This document shows, piece by piece, positions 22,711-33,170 of a stretch of DNA of 64,000 nt (positions are counted from its first letter, which is position 1; the number at the start of each line of letters is the position of its first letter). The notes under the pieces were generated by a model. The model was not told the DNA's origin. It saw only the letters and a list, made by a program, of their open reading frames with translations, and did not search any database. Origin of the DNA: Candidatus Omnitrophota bacterium (lineage in GTDB: Bacteria > Omnitrophota > Gorgyraeia > Gygaellales > Profunditerraquicolaceae); NCBI GenBank assembly GCA_026387335.1, contig JAPLLX010000006.1, positions 125,702 through 189,701 of the forward strand, given 5' to 3'. The position numbers and the translations under genes were made by a program.

Positions 22711-24192
22711 CTATTTGATAATTGCCTCTATCAACGCTTTAGCTTTATTCACTGTCTCAAAATATTCTTTTTCCGGGACGGAATCCGCTACGATTCCGGC
22801 GCCAGCCTGAACATAGGCATACCCGTTTTTCATAAGGATCGTCCTTATAGTAATGCAGGTATCCATATTATGCGAGAAGCTAAAATAACCGACGCATCCT
22901 GCGTAAGGGCCGCGCCTGGTGTTTTCCAATTCGTCGATAATCTCCATCGCGCGGATTTTGGGGCTGCCGGAAACTGTCCCTGCGGGAAAGGTGGCTTTCA
23001 ATACATCATAAATATCATAACGTTTATTGTCAAGCCTTCCTTTTACATCGCTCACTAAATGCATGACATGCGAATATTTCTCCACGCTCATAAATTCATC
23101 CACTTCTACTGTCCCCACACGGCTCACCCTCCCTAAATCATTCCTCCCTAAATCCACCAGCATAAGATGTTCAGCTCTTTCTTTTTTATCGTTAATCAAT
23201 TCCTTAGCCAATTTTTTATCTTCTTTTTCATCTCTGCCGCGCGGCCGCGTACCGGCAATAGGGCGAGTCTCAATTATTCCGTCCTCGCAACGCACCAGCA
23301 TTTCAGGAGAAGCCCCGACTAGATACATATCTTTTAGTTGTAAGTAATACATATAGGGAGAAGGATTCAGGCTGCGTAAAGCCCGGTAAATCCTAAACGG
23401 ATCCTTATCCGTAATAAGCTTAAAGCGTTGAGACGGAACAACCTGAATAATATCCCCTTTTTTAATATACTTTTTGGCCTCTCTGACTGCGTTCTCAAAT
23501 TCGTTCTTCTTAAAATTTGAGCTAAATTTCATTTTTTGAGGAAGAGCTTCATTCTCGTTTTCATCAAGCGGCTGGTTAAAATCTACCTGAATAGATTCTA
23601 TCCTGCAAACAGCTTTATTATATAAAGCGCTCTTTGCGGCTGTTGAAAGTTTTCCTTTAGGCAAAATCACATTGCTTACGATCTTAATATTGTGATTAAC
23701 ATGGTCAAAAACCAATAGGGTATCCGCCAGCATCAAAACACTATCCGGCACCTTAAGCTCATCCGGATTTTTATCGGGTATATTTTCAAAAAACCTGACC
23801 GTATCATAACCTATATACCCAACCAGCCCCCCGCAGAAACGCGGCAGGCCGCGAACTTCGACGCTTTTAAAATCCCGCATTATCTTTTTTATTTCATCGA
23901 TGGGAGTGGATTTAGTAACAAATTTTCTGACCGCTTTCCTGGCGGAATAATTTATTTCAATTTTCCGGCCCTTAGATTTAAATACTAAGGCCGGAACGCT
24001 CCCTAAAAATGAATAGCGGGCGACCTTCTCTTGTCCTTCTACAGATTCCAATAAGAAAGCGTAATTATCTTTACTTATCTTTAAAAAGGCAGAGACCGGA
24101 GTCTCAAGATCGGCGTTGATTTCCTTATAGACCGGGATCACATTGCCTCTCTTGGTCAACCTTAAGAATTCTTTTAATGGAGGATGGATCAT
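22711..24192 (-). CDS. Anthranilate/aminodeoxychorismate synthase component I family (TrpE/PabB)
   Basis: 493 aa; chorismate-binding enzyme motifs ([28 protein letters not shown]). No adjacent glutamine amidotransferase partner, so TrpE versus PabB is unresolved. Confidence 0.8.
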   Translation of the reverse strand: MIHPPLKEFLRLTKRGNVIPVYKEINADLETPVSAFLKISKDNYAFLLESVEGQEKVARYSFLGSVPALVFKSKGRKIEINYSARKAVRKFVTKSTPIDEIKKIMRDFKSVEVRGLPRFCGGLVGYIGYDTVRFFENIPDKNPDELKVPDSVLMLADTLLVFDHVNHNIKIVSNVILPKGKLSTAAKSALYNKAVCRIESIQVDFNQPLDENENEALPQKMKFSSNFKKNEFENAVREAKKYIKKGDIIQVVPSQRFKLITDKDPFRIYRALRSLNPSPYMYYLQLKDMYLVGASPEMLVRCEDGIIETRPIAGTRPRGRDEKEDKKLAKELINDKKERAEHLMLVDLGRNDLGRVSRVGTVEVDEFMSVEKYSHVMHLVSDVKGRLDNKRYDIYDVLKATFPAGTVSGSPKIRAMEIIDELENTRRGPYAGCVGYFSFSHNMDTCITIRTILMKNGYAYVQAGAGIVADSVPEKEYFETVNKAKALIEAIIK

Positions 24193-24524
24193 TTTATCTT
24201 CCTAAAAAAACAACTTCTATTTCCCGTGTGGCAAGCTACGCCTACTTGGCGCACCTTGATTAAAAGCGCGTCCAGATCACAGTCATATTGAATGGATTTG
24301 ACAAATTGAAAATGCCCGCTAGTCGAGCCTTTGACCCAATACTCTTTACGCGAGCGCGACCAAAAACAGGTCTTGCCCATCTTTATGGTCCGGCGCATTG
24401 ACTCTTTGTTCATATAGGCCAGCATCAGCACTTCGCCTGTTTTATAATCCTGTATTATTGCCGGGATTAATCCGGATTTATCAAACTTAAAATCGCTTAA
24501 ACTAACCTTGGCTTTTTTTATCAT
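24189..24524 (-). CDS. hisI: Phosphoribosyl-AMP cyclohydrolase
   Basis: 111 aa; HisI-only domain (LIPAIIQD...MLAYMN...CHTGNRSCF). Confidence 0.85.
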   Translation of the reverse strand: MIKKAKVSLSDFKFDKSGLIPAIIQDYKTGEVLMLAYMNKESMRRTIKMGKTCFWSRSRKEYWVKGSTSGHFQFVKSIQYDCDLDALLIKVRQVGVACHTGNRSCFFRKIK

Positions 24525-25276
24525 AATCTAACCGGGATTCCCTTCTCCCTTAAATATTCCTTTACCTGTTTTATGGAATACGTCCCGTAATGGAATAGCG
24601 ACGCGGCCAGAGCGGCATCCGCTCCAGTCTGAGCAAAGCATTCATAAAAATCTTCCAGCTTTCCCGCTCCCCCCGAAGCAATAACCGGAACAGTTACTGC
24701 CGAACTTATTGTTTTAGTCAGAGCTAGATCATACCCGTCCTTGGTCCCATCATAATCCATGCTAGTCAGAAGAATTTCGCCAGCTCCAAATTCGGCTCCC
24801 TGTTTTGCCCACTCTAGGGCATCCAAACCCGTCGGAGTCCTGCCTCCGTTAACATAGACTTCCCAACCTTCTTTAACTTTCTTAGCATCAATAGCCAGGA
24901 CAATACACTGGCTACCGAATTTCTTGGATGCATCCTTAATCAACTCCGGAAACCTCACCGCCTGAGTATTTATAGATACCTTTTCTGCCCCGGCGTTTAA
25001 AAGATTTCTTATATCGGCTAAGTCGCCGACTCCACCGCCGACAGTAAAAGGCATAAAAATATTCTTGGCTATGTTTTCTACCAACTCTACGAGGGTCTTG
25101 CGTTTTTCCACGCTGGCAGTAATATCCAGAAAAACCAGTTCATCCGCCTCTTGAGCATCGTAGAGCTTGGCTACACTTACAGGGTCGCCGGCGTCTTTTA
25201 GGCCCAGAAACTTTACGCCTTTTACCACCCTGCCGTCTTTAATATCCAGGCACGGTATAATTCGTTTAGCAAGCAT
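24521..25276 (-). CDS. hisF: Imidazole glycerol phosphate synthase cyclase subunit
   Basis: 251 aa; [16 protein letters not shown] and SGGAG motifs. Confidence 0.93.
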   Translation of the reverse strand: MLAKRIIPCLDIKDGRVVKGVKFLGLKDAGDPVSVAKLYDAQEADELVFLDITASVEKRKTLVELVENIAKNIFMPFTVGGGVGDLADIRNLLNAGAEKVSINTQAVRFPELIKDASKKFGSQCIVLAIDAKKVKEGWEVYVNGGRTPTGLDALEWAKQGAEFGAGEILLTSMDYDGTKDGYDLALTKTISSAVTVPVIASGGAGKLEDFYECFAQTGADAALAASLFHYGTYSIKQVKEYLREKGIPVRL

Positions 25277-25281
25277 AACTG

Positions 25282-25734
25282 TTATTTTGTTTTTTGATTC
25301 AGGTACTCGCCTAACAAAGCCCAGGTTTTCTTATTGGCCTTGCCGTTAATTGTTAAATTATTCGCTTTCTGGAACGCTTTTAGCGCCTCACGGGTCTGTT
25401 TACCCATATGGCCGTCAATGTTTCCCGGGTCATAACCGGCATTTTTCAAAGCTGTCTGAACATCTTTTACCTTAGGATGTTTAACGCTGGCTGACTTTTC
25501 TTTAACCTGCGCCGCTTCTGCTTCAACCTTAGCTTGTTGCTCATTAGCCTTATTTAAAGCCTCCTGTAATCCACTGATCTCCTGATCCTTGCTTTGAACC
25601 TGCGCTTCTAAAACCGAGACTTTATTCTTTAAACCCTGCATCTCCAAATCTTTCTGTTTGCCTGCGGTAGCGCATCCAGCCAGCGATATAGTAAATACAG
25701 TTATAAACACAACAACAAATACTTTCTTAAACAT
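25282..25734 (-). CDS. Lipoprotein with coiled-coil region and C-terminal peptidoglycan-binding (PG_binding_1-like) domain
   Basis: Probable true start is [21 protein letters not shown] (lipobox LAGC) at 25734, with AAGGAGGAAAC as RBS. The ORF-track start at 25761 translates the leader hairpin. C-terminal [16 protein letters not shown] matches the PG-binding-1 consensus. Confidence 0.65.
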   Translation of the reverse strand: MFKKVFVVVFITVFTISLAGCATAGKQKDLEMQGLKNKVSVLEAQVQSKDQEISGLQEALNKANEQQAKVEAEAAQVKEKSASVKHPKVKDVQTALKNAGYDPGNIDGHMGKQTREALKAFQKANNLTINGKANKKTWALLGEYLNQKTK

Positions 25735-25744
25735 GTTTCCTCCT

Positions 25745-25786
25745 TGCCCACAAGGGCACACCGGCCGATCCGATAAGGCCGGGTGT
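25745..25786 (-). promoter_or_regulatory. Dual-hairpin 5' leader element upstream of the lipoprotein RBS (copy 2 of 2)
   Basis: mRNA sense: ACACCCGGCC-loop-GGCCGGTGTG, then TGCCC-TTGT-GGGCA abutting AAGGAGGAAAC, then ATG. The outer CACACC/GGTGTG and the TGCCC/GGGCA stem are conserved; the inner stem co-varies relative to the copy at 1483..1535. Confidence 0.5.
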
Positions 25787-25792
25787 AACTCC

Positions 25793-26512
25793 CTAAGATA
25801 ATTTTAAGGCCTGAGGTAAAGTAAACTTTCCCTCATACAAAGCCTTACCCACAATAACCGCGCTGACTCCATCTTTCTCTAAACCTTTTAACCTATGTAA
25901 ATCCTCCAAGCTTGAGACTCCTCCTGAGGCGATAATTTTTAAACCGGTTAATTTTAAAAGTTTCTTAAGCTCTTTTATGTTCGGCCCGGTGAGAGTGCCG
26001 TCTTTTAGTGTATCGGTATAAATCAATTCCCTAAATCCCAGCTTCTTTAAATAAAGGCTAAAATTTGCTGCTTCGGTATTTTTATATCCGGTTTTCCAGC
26101 CCCGCACCATAATCTGGCCGTTGGCGGCATCAACTCCCACAATAACCTTATTTTTAAATTTTTTAAAAGCCTTGATTAAGAATTCTTTATCTTCAACGGC
26201 TTGCGTCCCCAAAACTACCCGGGCTACTCCCGCCTTTAAAACATCCTCAATTGCCTCTATATCCCTAATTCCCCCTCCGAATTCCACCGGAACTTTAATC
26301 TGTTTGGCTATCTCCTTAACCACCCCTAAATTCTTAGGCTTACCGCTAAAAGCTCCGTCAAGATCCACTATATGCAAAAATTTCGCTCCCTGAGCCACCC
26401 AATGCTTGGCGACTTTAAGCGGGTCTTTGGAATAAACCTTTTTATTGGATCTACCTTGCACAAATCTTACCACGCAACCGTCTTTTAAATCTATCGCCGG
26501 AATAATCAACAT
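25793..26512 (-). CDS. hisA: 1-(5-phosphoribosyl)-5-[(5-phosphoribosylamino)methylideneamino]imidazole-4-carboxamide isomerase
   Basis: 239 aa; HisA family (IIPAIDLKDG ... GGGIRD). Confidence 0.9.
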   Translation of the reverse strand: MLIIPAIDLKDGCVVRFVQGRSNKKVYSKDPLKVAKHWVAQGAKFLHIVDLDGAFSGKPKNLGVVKEIAKQIKVPVEFGGGIRDIEAIEDVLKAGVARVVLGTQAVEDKEFLIKAFKKFKNKVIVGVDAANGQIMVRGWKTGYKNTEAANFSLYLKKLGFRELIYTDTLKDGTLTGPNIKELKKLLKLTGLKIIASGGVSSLEDLHRLKGLEKDGVSAVIVGKALYEGKFTLPQALKLS

Positions 26513-27114
26513 AGGTTAACAAAGTTCTCCAACATCTTTAAACCGATCCTTTGGCTTTTTTCAGGGTGAAATTGCGCGCCGTATACATTGCCCTTGCAGA
26601 CAACACAAGAAAAATCAATCCCGTAGCCGCAAACCGCCGCATTTACATCTTTTTCATCCGGCTCAGGATAATAAGAATGGCAGAAATAGGCGTAGGCAGC
26701 ATCCGGAATATCTTTTAACAATAAACATCCGCTTTTGGTTATCTTTAGCTGGTTCCAGCCCATATGGGGAACCTTTAAATTTTTAACGGAAAACTTCTTT
26801 ACCGCGCCTTTGATTAACCCCAAGCCCTTGCGTTTAGGCGCCTCTTCACTTTTTTCAAATAAAAGCTGCATACCTAAACAGATCCCTAAGAATGGTTTTT
26901 TATTTTTTACCTCATTTTTAATTATAGCAGACAAACCCTGTTTATCCAGTTCCTCCATTGCGTCGCCAAATGCGCCTACTCCGGGCAAGACTATTTTCCG
27001 ACAGGCGGCAATTTCCTTAGGGTTATTACTGACCTTAGTTTTAGCGCCGTAAAGTTCCAGCGCCTTTTTTACGCTATGAATATTACCCATACCGTAATCA
27101 ATTATCGCGATCAT
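26506..27114 (-). CDS. hisH: Imidazole glycerol phosphate synthase glutaminase subunit
   Basis: 202 aa; class-I glutamine amidotransferase with the GICLGMQ catalytic Cys. Confidence 0.9.
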   Translation of the reverse strand: MIAIIDYGMGNIHSVKKALELYGAKTKVSNNPKEIAACRKIVLPGVGAFGDAMEELDKQGLSAIIKNEVKNKKPFLGICLGMQLLFEKSEEAPKRKGLGLIKGAVKKFSVKNLKVPHMGWNQLKITKSGCLLLKDIPDAAYAYFCHSYYPEPDEKDVNAAVCGYGIDFSCVVCKGNVYGAQFHPEKSQRIGLKMLENFVNLC

Positions 27115-27728
27115 TAATCAATTACCCCTTTAGTAGAAGGAATTCCCTTTCTGCGGGGATCGATCTGCGTAGCTATATCCAAAGCAATACCTAAAGCCTT
27201 AAAGATTGCTTCTAAAATTGTATGCAAATCAGGATTGAATGGCCCAACTTTTACATTAAGGGTTGCTCCTAAATGTTTTGCAAAAGATTCGAAAAAATGC
27301 TCCGCATCTTTAATTGAGTAACCATCAACTGTTACTAAAGCACTCCGAGTCGTACTAGGGTCAGTTTCGGCTTTCAAACTTAAATACCCCCTGCCGCTTA
27401 TATCAACGGTTACACTAGCTTCCACTTCTTCCATTGGTGCAGAAGCTGAGCCAATACGATTGATTCCTTTTTTATCACCTAAGGCTTTCTTAAACGCCTG
27501 CCCTAAAACTATACCCACATCTTCATTAGTATGGTGAATATCTATATTAAAATCACCCCTCTTAACAATTATTTCTAAATCGAAGTGACCCCAATAAGCA
27601 AATAAATCCAGCATATGATCAAGAAGACCGATACCTGTATTAATTTTCCTTTCTTCAGTACCATCGATGTTTAATTTATACGAAATCTCAGTTTCGTTTG
27701 TCTTTCGTGTATCTTCAGATATCCTCAT
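27114..27728 (-). CDS. hisB: Imidazoleglycerol-phosphate dehydratase
   Basis: 204 aa; IGPD family (DxHHxxE-type metal-binding motifs, e.g. HHTNED). Confidence 0.9.
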   Translation of the reverse strand: MRISEDTRKTNETEISYKLNIDGTEERKINTGIGLLDHMLDLFAYWGHFDLEIIVKRGDFNIDIHHTNEDVGIVLGQAFKKALGDKKGINRIGSASAPMEEVEASVTVDISGRGYLSLKAETDPSTTRSALVTVDGYSIKDAEHFFESFAKHLGATLNVKVGPFNPDLHTILEAIFKALGIALDIATQIDPRRKGIPSTKGVID

Positions 27729-27743
27729 TTCAATTTTTCTCCT

Positions 27744-28970
27744 TTATTCAAACCTCGCCTTTACTGAATCAATGTGCTTGCCTAAGCCTTCGATTCCGGC
27801 AATTTTTTCCAAAGGTTCGCGCATTTTTTCCAGGGCCTTCTTGGAATAACTGATGATGTGATTGCTTTTCATAAAATCACAGACGGATAACCCGGAAAAA
27901 AATCTGGCAGTCCCGCCTGTCGGTAAAACATGACTTGGCCCGGCAACATAATCGCCGACAGCAGTCGGGCTATACGGGCCTAAAAATATTGCTCCGGCGT
28001 TCTTTATTCCTTTAAGCAGCCGCTTAGGATTCTGCACTAAAATTTCAAGGTGCTCAGGCGCGATCCTATTACTAACCTCAACTGCCTGCTCTAGATTTTT
28101 AGTCAAGATAATATAACCATCCTGGCCGTCAGACTGGGACTTCACCTGTTGGGCCAAGGCTTTAGAATTGGTAATTAACACCGCTAAACCTTTGGCGTGC
28201 TCTTTTTGAGCGGCTAAATCCGCGATGATAAATTTCGGATCGCTAAAGCGGTTAGCGATAACCACTAGTTCCGTAGGGCCGGCGATCATATCGATATCCA
28301 CCTGGCCAAAGACCTGCCTCTTGGCTTCGCTCACATAAATATTTCCCGGGCCGACAATTTTATCCACCGCCGGGATTGTCTTTGTGCCGTAAGCTAAGGC
28401 GGCGATTCCCTGAGCGCCACCTACCCGATAAACCTCATCCACCTTTAATAAATCCGCCATTACCAATATGTGCGGATTAATTTGACCGTTTTTATTCGGC
28501 GGGCTGATCAGAACGATTTTTTTAACTCCGGCAATTTTAGCCGGAAGGACAGTCATATAAACCGTGGAAACCAATGGCGCGGTTCCGGCTGGGATATAAA
28601 TTCCCACGCGCTCCAGAGGCGTATAGTTTTCTCCCAATACCACCCCATCACTATCCTTAATTCTCCAGGATTTTTTCAGGGTCTTGCGGTAAAAACGGTT
28701 CACGTTTTCAATTACCGTCTTAAGGCTGGCTACAAAATTCGGACTGATATTCTGATACGCTCCGCTGATTTCAATTTCCGATACCTTAAGCTGCCTGGGC
28801 ATTAATTTAACACCATCAAACTTCTTGGTATATTTCAACAAGGCGTCATCGCCAAATGAACGCACGTCATCAATTATCTTTTTTACCTTGTCTTCAACCC
28901 GGGGTTTTTTAAATGCGCCGCGATTGTAGATTTTTTCTAACTGTTTGCTCCCAAAACGGATTATCTTCAT
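27744..28970 (-). CDS. hisD: Histidinol dehydrogenase
   Basis: 408 aa; HisD family length and sequence. Confidence 0.92.
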   Translation of the reverse strand: MKIIRFGSKQLEKIYNRGAFKKPRVEDKVKKIIDDVRSFGDDALLKYTKKFDGVKLMPRQLKVSEIEISGAYQNISPNFVASLKTVIENVNRFYRKTLKKSWRIKDSDGVVLGENYTPLERVGIYIPAGTAPLVSTVYMTVLPAKIAGVKKIVLISPPNKNGQINPHILVMADLLKVDEVYRVGGAQGIAALAYGTKTIPAVDKIVGPGNIYVSEAKRQVFGQVDIDMIAGPTELVVIANRFSDPKFIIADLAAQKEHAKGLAVLITNSKALAQQVKSQSDGQDGYIILTKNLEQAVEVSNRIAPEHLEILVQNPKRLLKGIKNAGAIFLGPYSPTAVGDYVAGPSHVLPTGGTARFFSGLSVCDFMKSNHIISYSKKALEKMREPLEKIAGIEGLGKHIDSVKARFE

Positions 28971-31546
28971 GGGTTAATTACCTTTCTTAATTCCTCCATA
29001 GCCTTTCCTAAATTTTCAGGCTTTGACCCGCCTGCCTGCGCGAAATCCGGCCTTCCGCCTCCTGAACCGCCGATAAGCGGGGCAACCTGACGGATCAATA
29101 CTCCCGCATCCAAACCCTTAGATAATAAATCCTGCGTAACCGCGATAACCAAATACGCTTTTCTTTGCTCATTATCCTGCGAACCTAAAGCAATCACCCC
29201 CTGCTTTAACTCCTCCTTTAACTTATCCGCCAGAAGTCTTAAAGCATTCATATCTAAACCAATCTCAAGTGAAGAAACGACATTTACGCCATTTATCTTT
29301 ATACTCTTACTTATAAGCCTGGGTATTGCATCCTTCAAGCTGTTATTTACTTCGAAGTTGCGCTTCTTCTCTTGCTCCTTTAACTCTTTTAGTTTATCTC
29401 TCTTCCTAGATTCTTCAATACCTTTTTGTTCTTCGTCCTTAATAAACTGCTCGGCAAAACTACCGGTCACTCCTTCAATCCTTCTTATACCGCTGGCAAC
29501 CGAACCTTCGCTGATTATCTTTATAAGGCCAATTTTACTGATATTATCAAGATGTGTCCCCCCGCACAATTCTTTAGAAATATCTCCGATACTCACCACG
29601 CGCACACACTCGCCATATTTTTCCTCAAAAAATGCCAATGCCCCTTCTTTCTTGGCCTCTTTTAAAGGCATCTCCTTACAACTTACTGCCTGATGTTTAT
29701 AAACATACTCGTTAGCTACCTCTTCCACCCTGGCCATCTCTTCTTTGGACAAACCTTTGAAATGCGTAAAATCAAAACGGAATCTATCTTCGGCAACCAA
29801 TGAGCCCTGTTGCTGAACATGGGTTCCTAAGACTTTGCGTAAAGCTGCCTGCAATATATGCGTAGCCGTATGGTTCCTGGCGATAGACATTCTGCGTTCA
29901 AAATCAATTTCTACTTTTACCTCATCAGCAATTTTAAAAGTTCCTACCGTTACTTTGCCCCAATGAAAATGTACCTTATCATGAATATCAGTATCCTCAA
30001 CTCTAAAGATACTCTCACCTTTAATTATCTTACCAGTATCGCCAACCTGTCCACCTGATTCAGGATAAAAAACAGTTTTATCTAATATTATTTCGAATGT
30101 CTCTCCAACACTTGCCATTTCTACCAACTTATTATTCTTAATAATCTTTAAGATTTTTGCTGCGCATTTAAATTCTTTATAACCTAAGAATTTTGTTTCT
30201 TTTACTTTCAAGTTTAAGTCTTTAACGCTAAAAACATCCCCTTTCATCGCGCTACCCAACTTTGAACGCGCCCTCTGCTCTTCCATGGCCTGTTCAAATG
30301 CCTTTTTCGAAAAACTTACCCTATGTTTATCTAACCATTGACGAGTCAACTCAAAAGGAATTCCATAAGTATCATGTAACAAAAAGGCCATATTCCCTAC
30401 AGTTTCAGCATTTGGCTTATCTATAAATTCGGTAAACTTACTTTTGAATAATTCCTCGCTAGAACCAAGCCCATTAATAAAGTTTTTTTCTTCAGCTAAG
30501 ACTATCTGAGCGATCTCCTCCCGTTGATTAATTAATTCCGGATAAGGCTTACGCATTATTTCAGCCACTATTGGCACCAAACGATCAAGAAAATGATCTT
30601 TAATCCCCAGGCTCATTAAATGGAGACTAGCCTTACGTATTATTTTTCTTACTACATACCCTCTTCCTTCATTCGAAGGCAAGACTCCGTCATAAATACA
30701 AAAAACCACTGCCCGGATATGATCAGCTATGGCATAAACTATTTTTAATTTAGGACTACGCGGCACAGCATTACAAATTTCTTTTACTATCGGCTGGAAT
30801 AATTCCGTCTCAAAATTATTCTGTTTACCCTGCATGACCGCAGCTAACCTCTCTAAACCCATACCCGTATCAATATTTTTATTGGGAAGAGGTTCTAAAG
30901 AACCGTCTTCTTTACGGTTAAACTGGGTAAAAACCAGGTTCCAAATCTCCACAAACCTGCCGCAGCTGCAGGAAGGATCACAAATCTTTTCACCGCAACC
31001 CACATCAGCGCCAAAATCATAAAATATTTCAGAGCAAGGGCCGCAAGGCCCGTTTGGGCCTTTTGTTTTGGCTTCAGCCGGCCAGAAATTATCTTTATCG
31101 CCAAGTTTAATAATTTTCTTAACCGGTATGCCTATTTTATCTTTCCAAATCTTATAGGCCTCAGCATCATCTTGATAGACCGAAACCCAAAGCTTATCTT
31201 CCTTAATTTTTAACTCTTTAGTCAGGAATTCCCAGGCCCAGGCAATCGCTTCATCTTTAAAATAATCGCCAAAGGAAAAATTCCCCAGCATTTCAAAAAA
31301 CGTATGGTGGCTGGAAGTTTTACCAACCTTATCCAAATCATCAGTGCGCAGGCAACGTTGGGAAGTAGCCGCGCGCTTAAAACCTGAATCAAACCCTAAA
31401 AATTCCTTTTTAAACTGGTTCATCCCCGCGGGAGTAAATAATACCGTGGGGTCATCCTTAGGCACAAGCGAATCGCTTTCCACGATTTTGTGTTTTTGGG
31501 ATTTAAAAAACTCGAGGAATTTTTCTCTTAAAGAATCTACCTGCAT
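28967..31546 (-). CDS. alaS: Alanine--tRNA ligase
   Basis: 859 aa; class-II AlaRS core, editing-domain HxxxH/CGGTH motif, C-terminal DHHA1; recA-recX-alaS synteny. Confidence 0.95.
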   Translation of the reverse strand: MQVDSLREKFLEFFKSQKHKIVESDSLVPKDDPTVLFTPAGMNQFKKEFLGFDSGFKRAATSQRCLRTDDLDKVGKTSSHHTFFEMLGNFSFGDYFKDEAIAWAWEFLTKELKIKEDKLWVSVYQDDAEAYKIWKDKIGIPVKKIIKLGDKDNFWPAEAKTKGPNGPCGPCSEIFYDFGADVGCGEKICDPSCSCGRFVEIWNLVFTQFNRKEDGSLEPLPNKNIDTGMGLERLAAVMQGKQNNFETELFQPIVKEICNAVPRSPKLKIVYAIADHIRAVVFCIYDGVLPSNEGRGYVVRKIIRKASLHLMSLGIKDHFLDRLVPIVAEIMRKPYPELINQREEIAQIVLAEEKNFINGLGSSEELFKSKFTEFIDKPNAETVGNMAFLLHDTYGIPFELTRQWLDKHRVSFSKKAFEQAMEEQRARSKLGSAMKGDVFSVKDLNLKVKETKFLGYKEFKCAAKILKIIKNNKLVEMASVGETFEIILDKTVFYPESGGQVGDTGKIIKGESIFRVEDTDIHDKVHFHWGKVTVGTFKIADEVKVEIDFERRMSIARNHTATHILQAALRKVLGTHVQQQGSLVAEDRFRFDFTHFKGLSKEEMARVEEVANEYVYKHQAVSCKEMPLKEAKKEGALAFFEEKYGECVRVVSIGDISKELCGGTHLDNISKIGLIKIISEGSVASGIRRIEGVTGSFAEQFIKDEEQKGIEESRKRDKLKELKEQEKKRNFEVNNSLKDAIPRLISKSIKINGVNVVSSLEIGLDMNALRLLADKLKEELKQGVIALGSQDNEQRKAYLVIAVTQDLLSKGLDAGVLIRQVAPLIGGSGGGRPDFAQAGGSKPENLGKAMEELRKVINP

Positions 31547-32004
31547 AGTTGATTTAATGTATCGATGATAACTTCGGGCGAGAATCCGCGGCGCGCTAAA
31601 TATGCGTAAACCCGTCTCTTGGCGCTAATCTGATCAATTCCTTTTAATCTGCTTAATCTCCCTTTGGCTAAATCTAAAACTGTTTCAACTTCGGAATAAT
31701 CTTTAACCTTGGCTGTCTCTGCCTCAATTATTTCTTTATCTACCCCCTTTTGCCTTAACTCCTGCTTGATTCTTCTTAATCCTAAGGGCCTTTTCAAGCG
31801 CGAGTTAATCCAGGCCCTGGCAAAAATATTATCGTCAATAAATCTTTTCTCTTTCAGGAAAGAAACTACTTCTTTAATCGTCTCTTCGGGAATTTTCTTA
31901 AGCTTTAGACGTCCGACTAGCTCATTAACGCTACGCAGCCGGAATTTAAGCAAAAGAAACGCGTAATCCCGAGCCTTATCAAAAGATTCTGCCCGTTTAT
32001 TCAA
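31537..32004 (-). CDS. recX: Regulatory protein RecX
   Basis: 155 aa helical-repeat protein immediately downstream of recA. Confidence 0.8.
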   Translation of the reverse strand: MNKRAESFDKARDYAFLLLKFRLRSVNELVGRLKLKKIPEETIKEVVSFLKEKRFIDDNIFARAWINSRLKRPLGLRRIKQELRQKGVDKEIIEAETAKVKDYSEVETVLDLAKGRLSRLKGIDQISAKRRVYAYLARRGFSPEVIIDTLNQLCR

Positions 32005-33085
32005 CGCTCAGTTTTTTCCTGACTTCTTTTTCTATCGCGTCCTGCAGTTTAGGATTTTCCTTCAAGGCCTTAATCGCCGCGTCTCTACCTTGTCCGAGTT
32101 TTTCATTATTAAATGAGAGCCAGGTCCCGGACTTAGTGATTATTTCCATATTCACGCCAGCGTCGATTACCGCTGCGGTCTTAGCGATTCCTTCGTTGTG
32201 CAGGATATCAAACTCGGCCTCACGAAAAGGCGGAGCAATCTTATTCTTCACCACTCTTACTCTGACATGATTACCGATGACTTTATCCCCTTCTTTTAAG
32301 TAAGCGATTCTACGTACATCTAATCTTACCGATGAATAAAATTTTAGCGCCCGGCCTCCCGGAGTAGTTTCCGGTGAACCGAACATCACCCCGATCTTCT
32401 CCCGCAGCTGATTAATAAAGATTACCGTAGTTCGCGATTTACTAATGGCGCTGGTCAATTTACGCAAGGCCTGCGACATCAACCGCGCCTGAAGCCCCAT
32501 ATGCGAATCTCCCATCTCGCCTTCGATTTCAGCCCGCGGAGTAAGCGCGGCAACCGAATCAATAACTACCAGATCTACGGCATTTGAACGCACCAGTGTC
32601 TCGGCTATCTCTAAAGCCTGTTCTCCGGTATCCGGCTGCGAAATTAAAAGGTCATCCAGGTTTACACCGATCAACTTGGCGTAAGTAGAATCAAAAGCGT
32701 GCTCAGCGTCAATAAACGCGGCTACCCCGCCTTTTTTCTGGTTTTCCCTGATCGCGGTCAAAGTAAGTGTTGTTTTTCCGGATGCTTCCGGACCGAATAT
32801 CTCGACTACCCTGCCACGAGGCAAGCCGCCCACGCCTAAAGCCACATCTAAAGTAAGCGCGCCGGTAGAGATAGTCTCCACATTCGCCTTGGTGTGGCTG
32901 CCCAGCTTCATAATCGAACCTTTGCCAAACTGTTTCTCAATCTGAGCCAAAGCCAATTCTAACGCCTTAGAACGATCAGAAATATTCTGCGCTACCTCAT
33001 CTTTTTTCTCTTTGGTAACCATAACTACCTCCAATTTAGTAAGTTTTAGATTCAATATTATATCCTGCCCCCGCCCCACTGTCAA
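31997..33085 (-). CDS. recA: Recombinase RecA
   Basis: 362 aa; [10 protein letters not shown] Walker A and near-universal RecA core motifs. Confidence 0.97.
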   Translation of the reverse strand: MTVGRGQDIILNLKLTKLEVVMVTKEKKDEVAQNISDRSKALELALAQIEKQFGKGSIMKLGSHTKANVETISTGALTLDVALGVGGLPRGRVVEIFGPEASGKTTLTLTAIRENQKKGGVAAFIDAEHAFDSTYAKLIGVNLDDLLISQPDTGEQALEIAETLVRSNAVDLVVIDSVAALTPRAEIEGEMGDSHMGLQARLMSQALRKLTSAISKSRTTVIFINQLREKIGVMFGSPETTPGGRALKFYSSVRLDVRRIAYLKEGDKVIGNHVRVRVVKNKIAPPFREAEFDILHNEGIAKTAAVIDAGVNMEIITKSGTWLSFNNEKLGQGRDAAIKALKENPKLQDAIEKEVRKKLSVE

Positions 33086-33170
33086 ACAAATAATACCCTC
33101 CTTTCTACTATAATAGACGCAGGGGTATACGAAATCTAACGTAGGACAAAGTTGACAGCCGGCCTAAAAT

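Noticed and set aside
25735-25761. N-terminal extension MCPCGQGGN of the lipoprotein ORF
   Set aside because: This is translation of the leader hairpin and RBS (GCCCTTGTGGGCAAGGAGG). The real start is the Met before the signal peptide at 25734.
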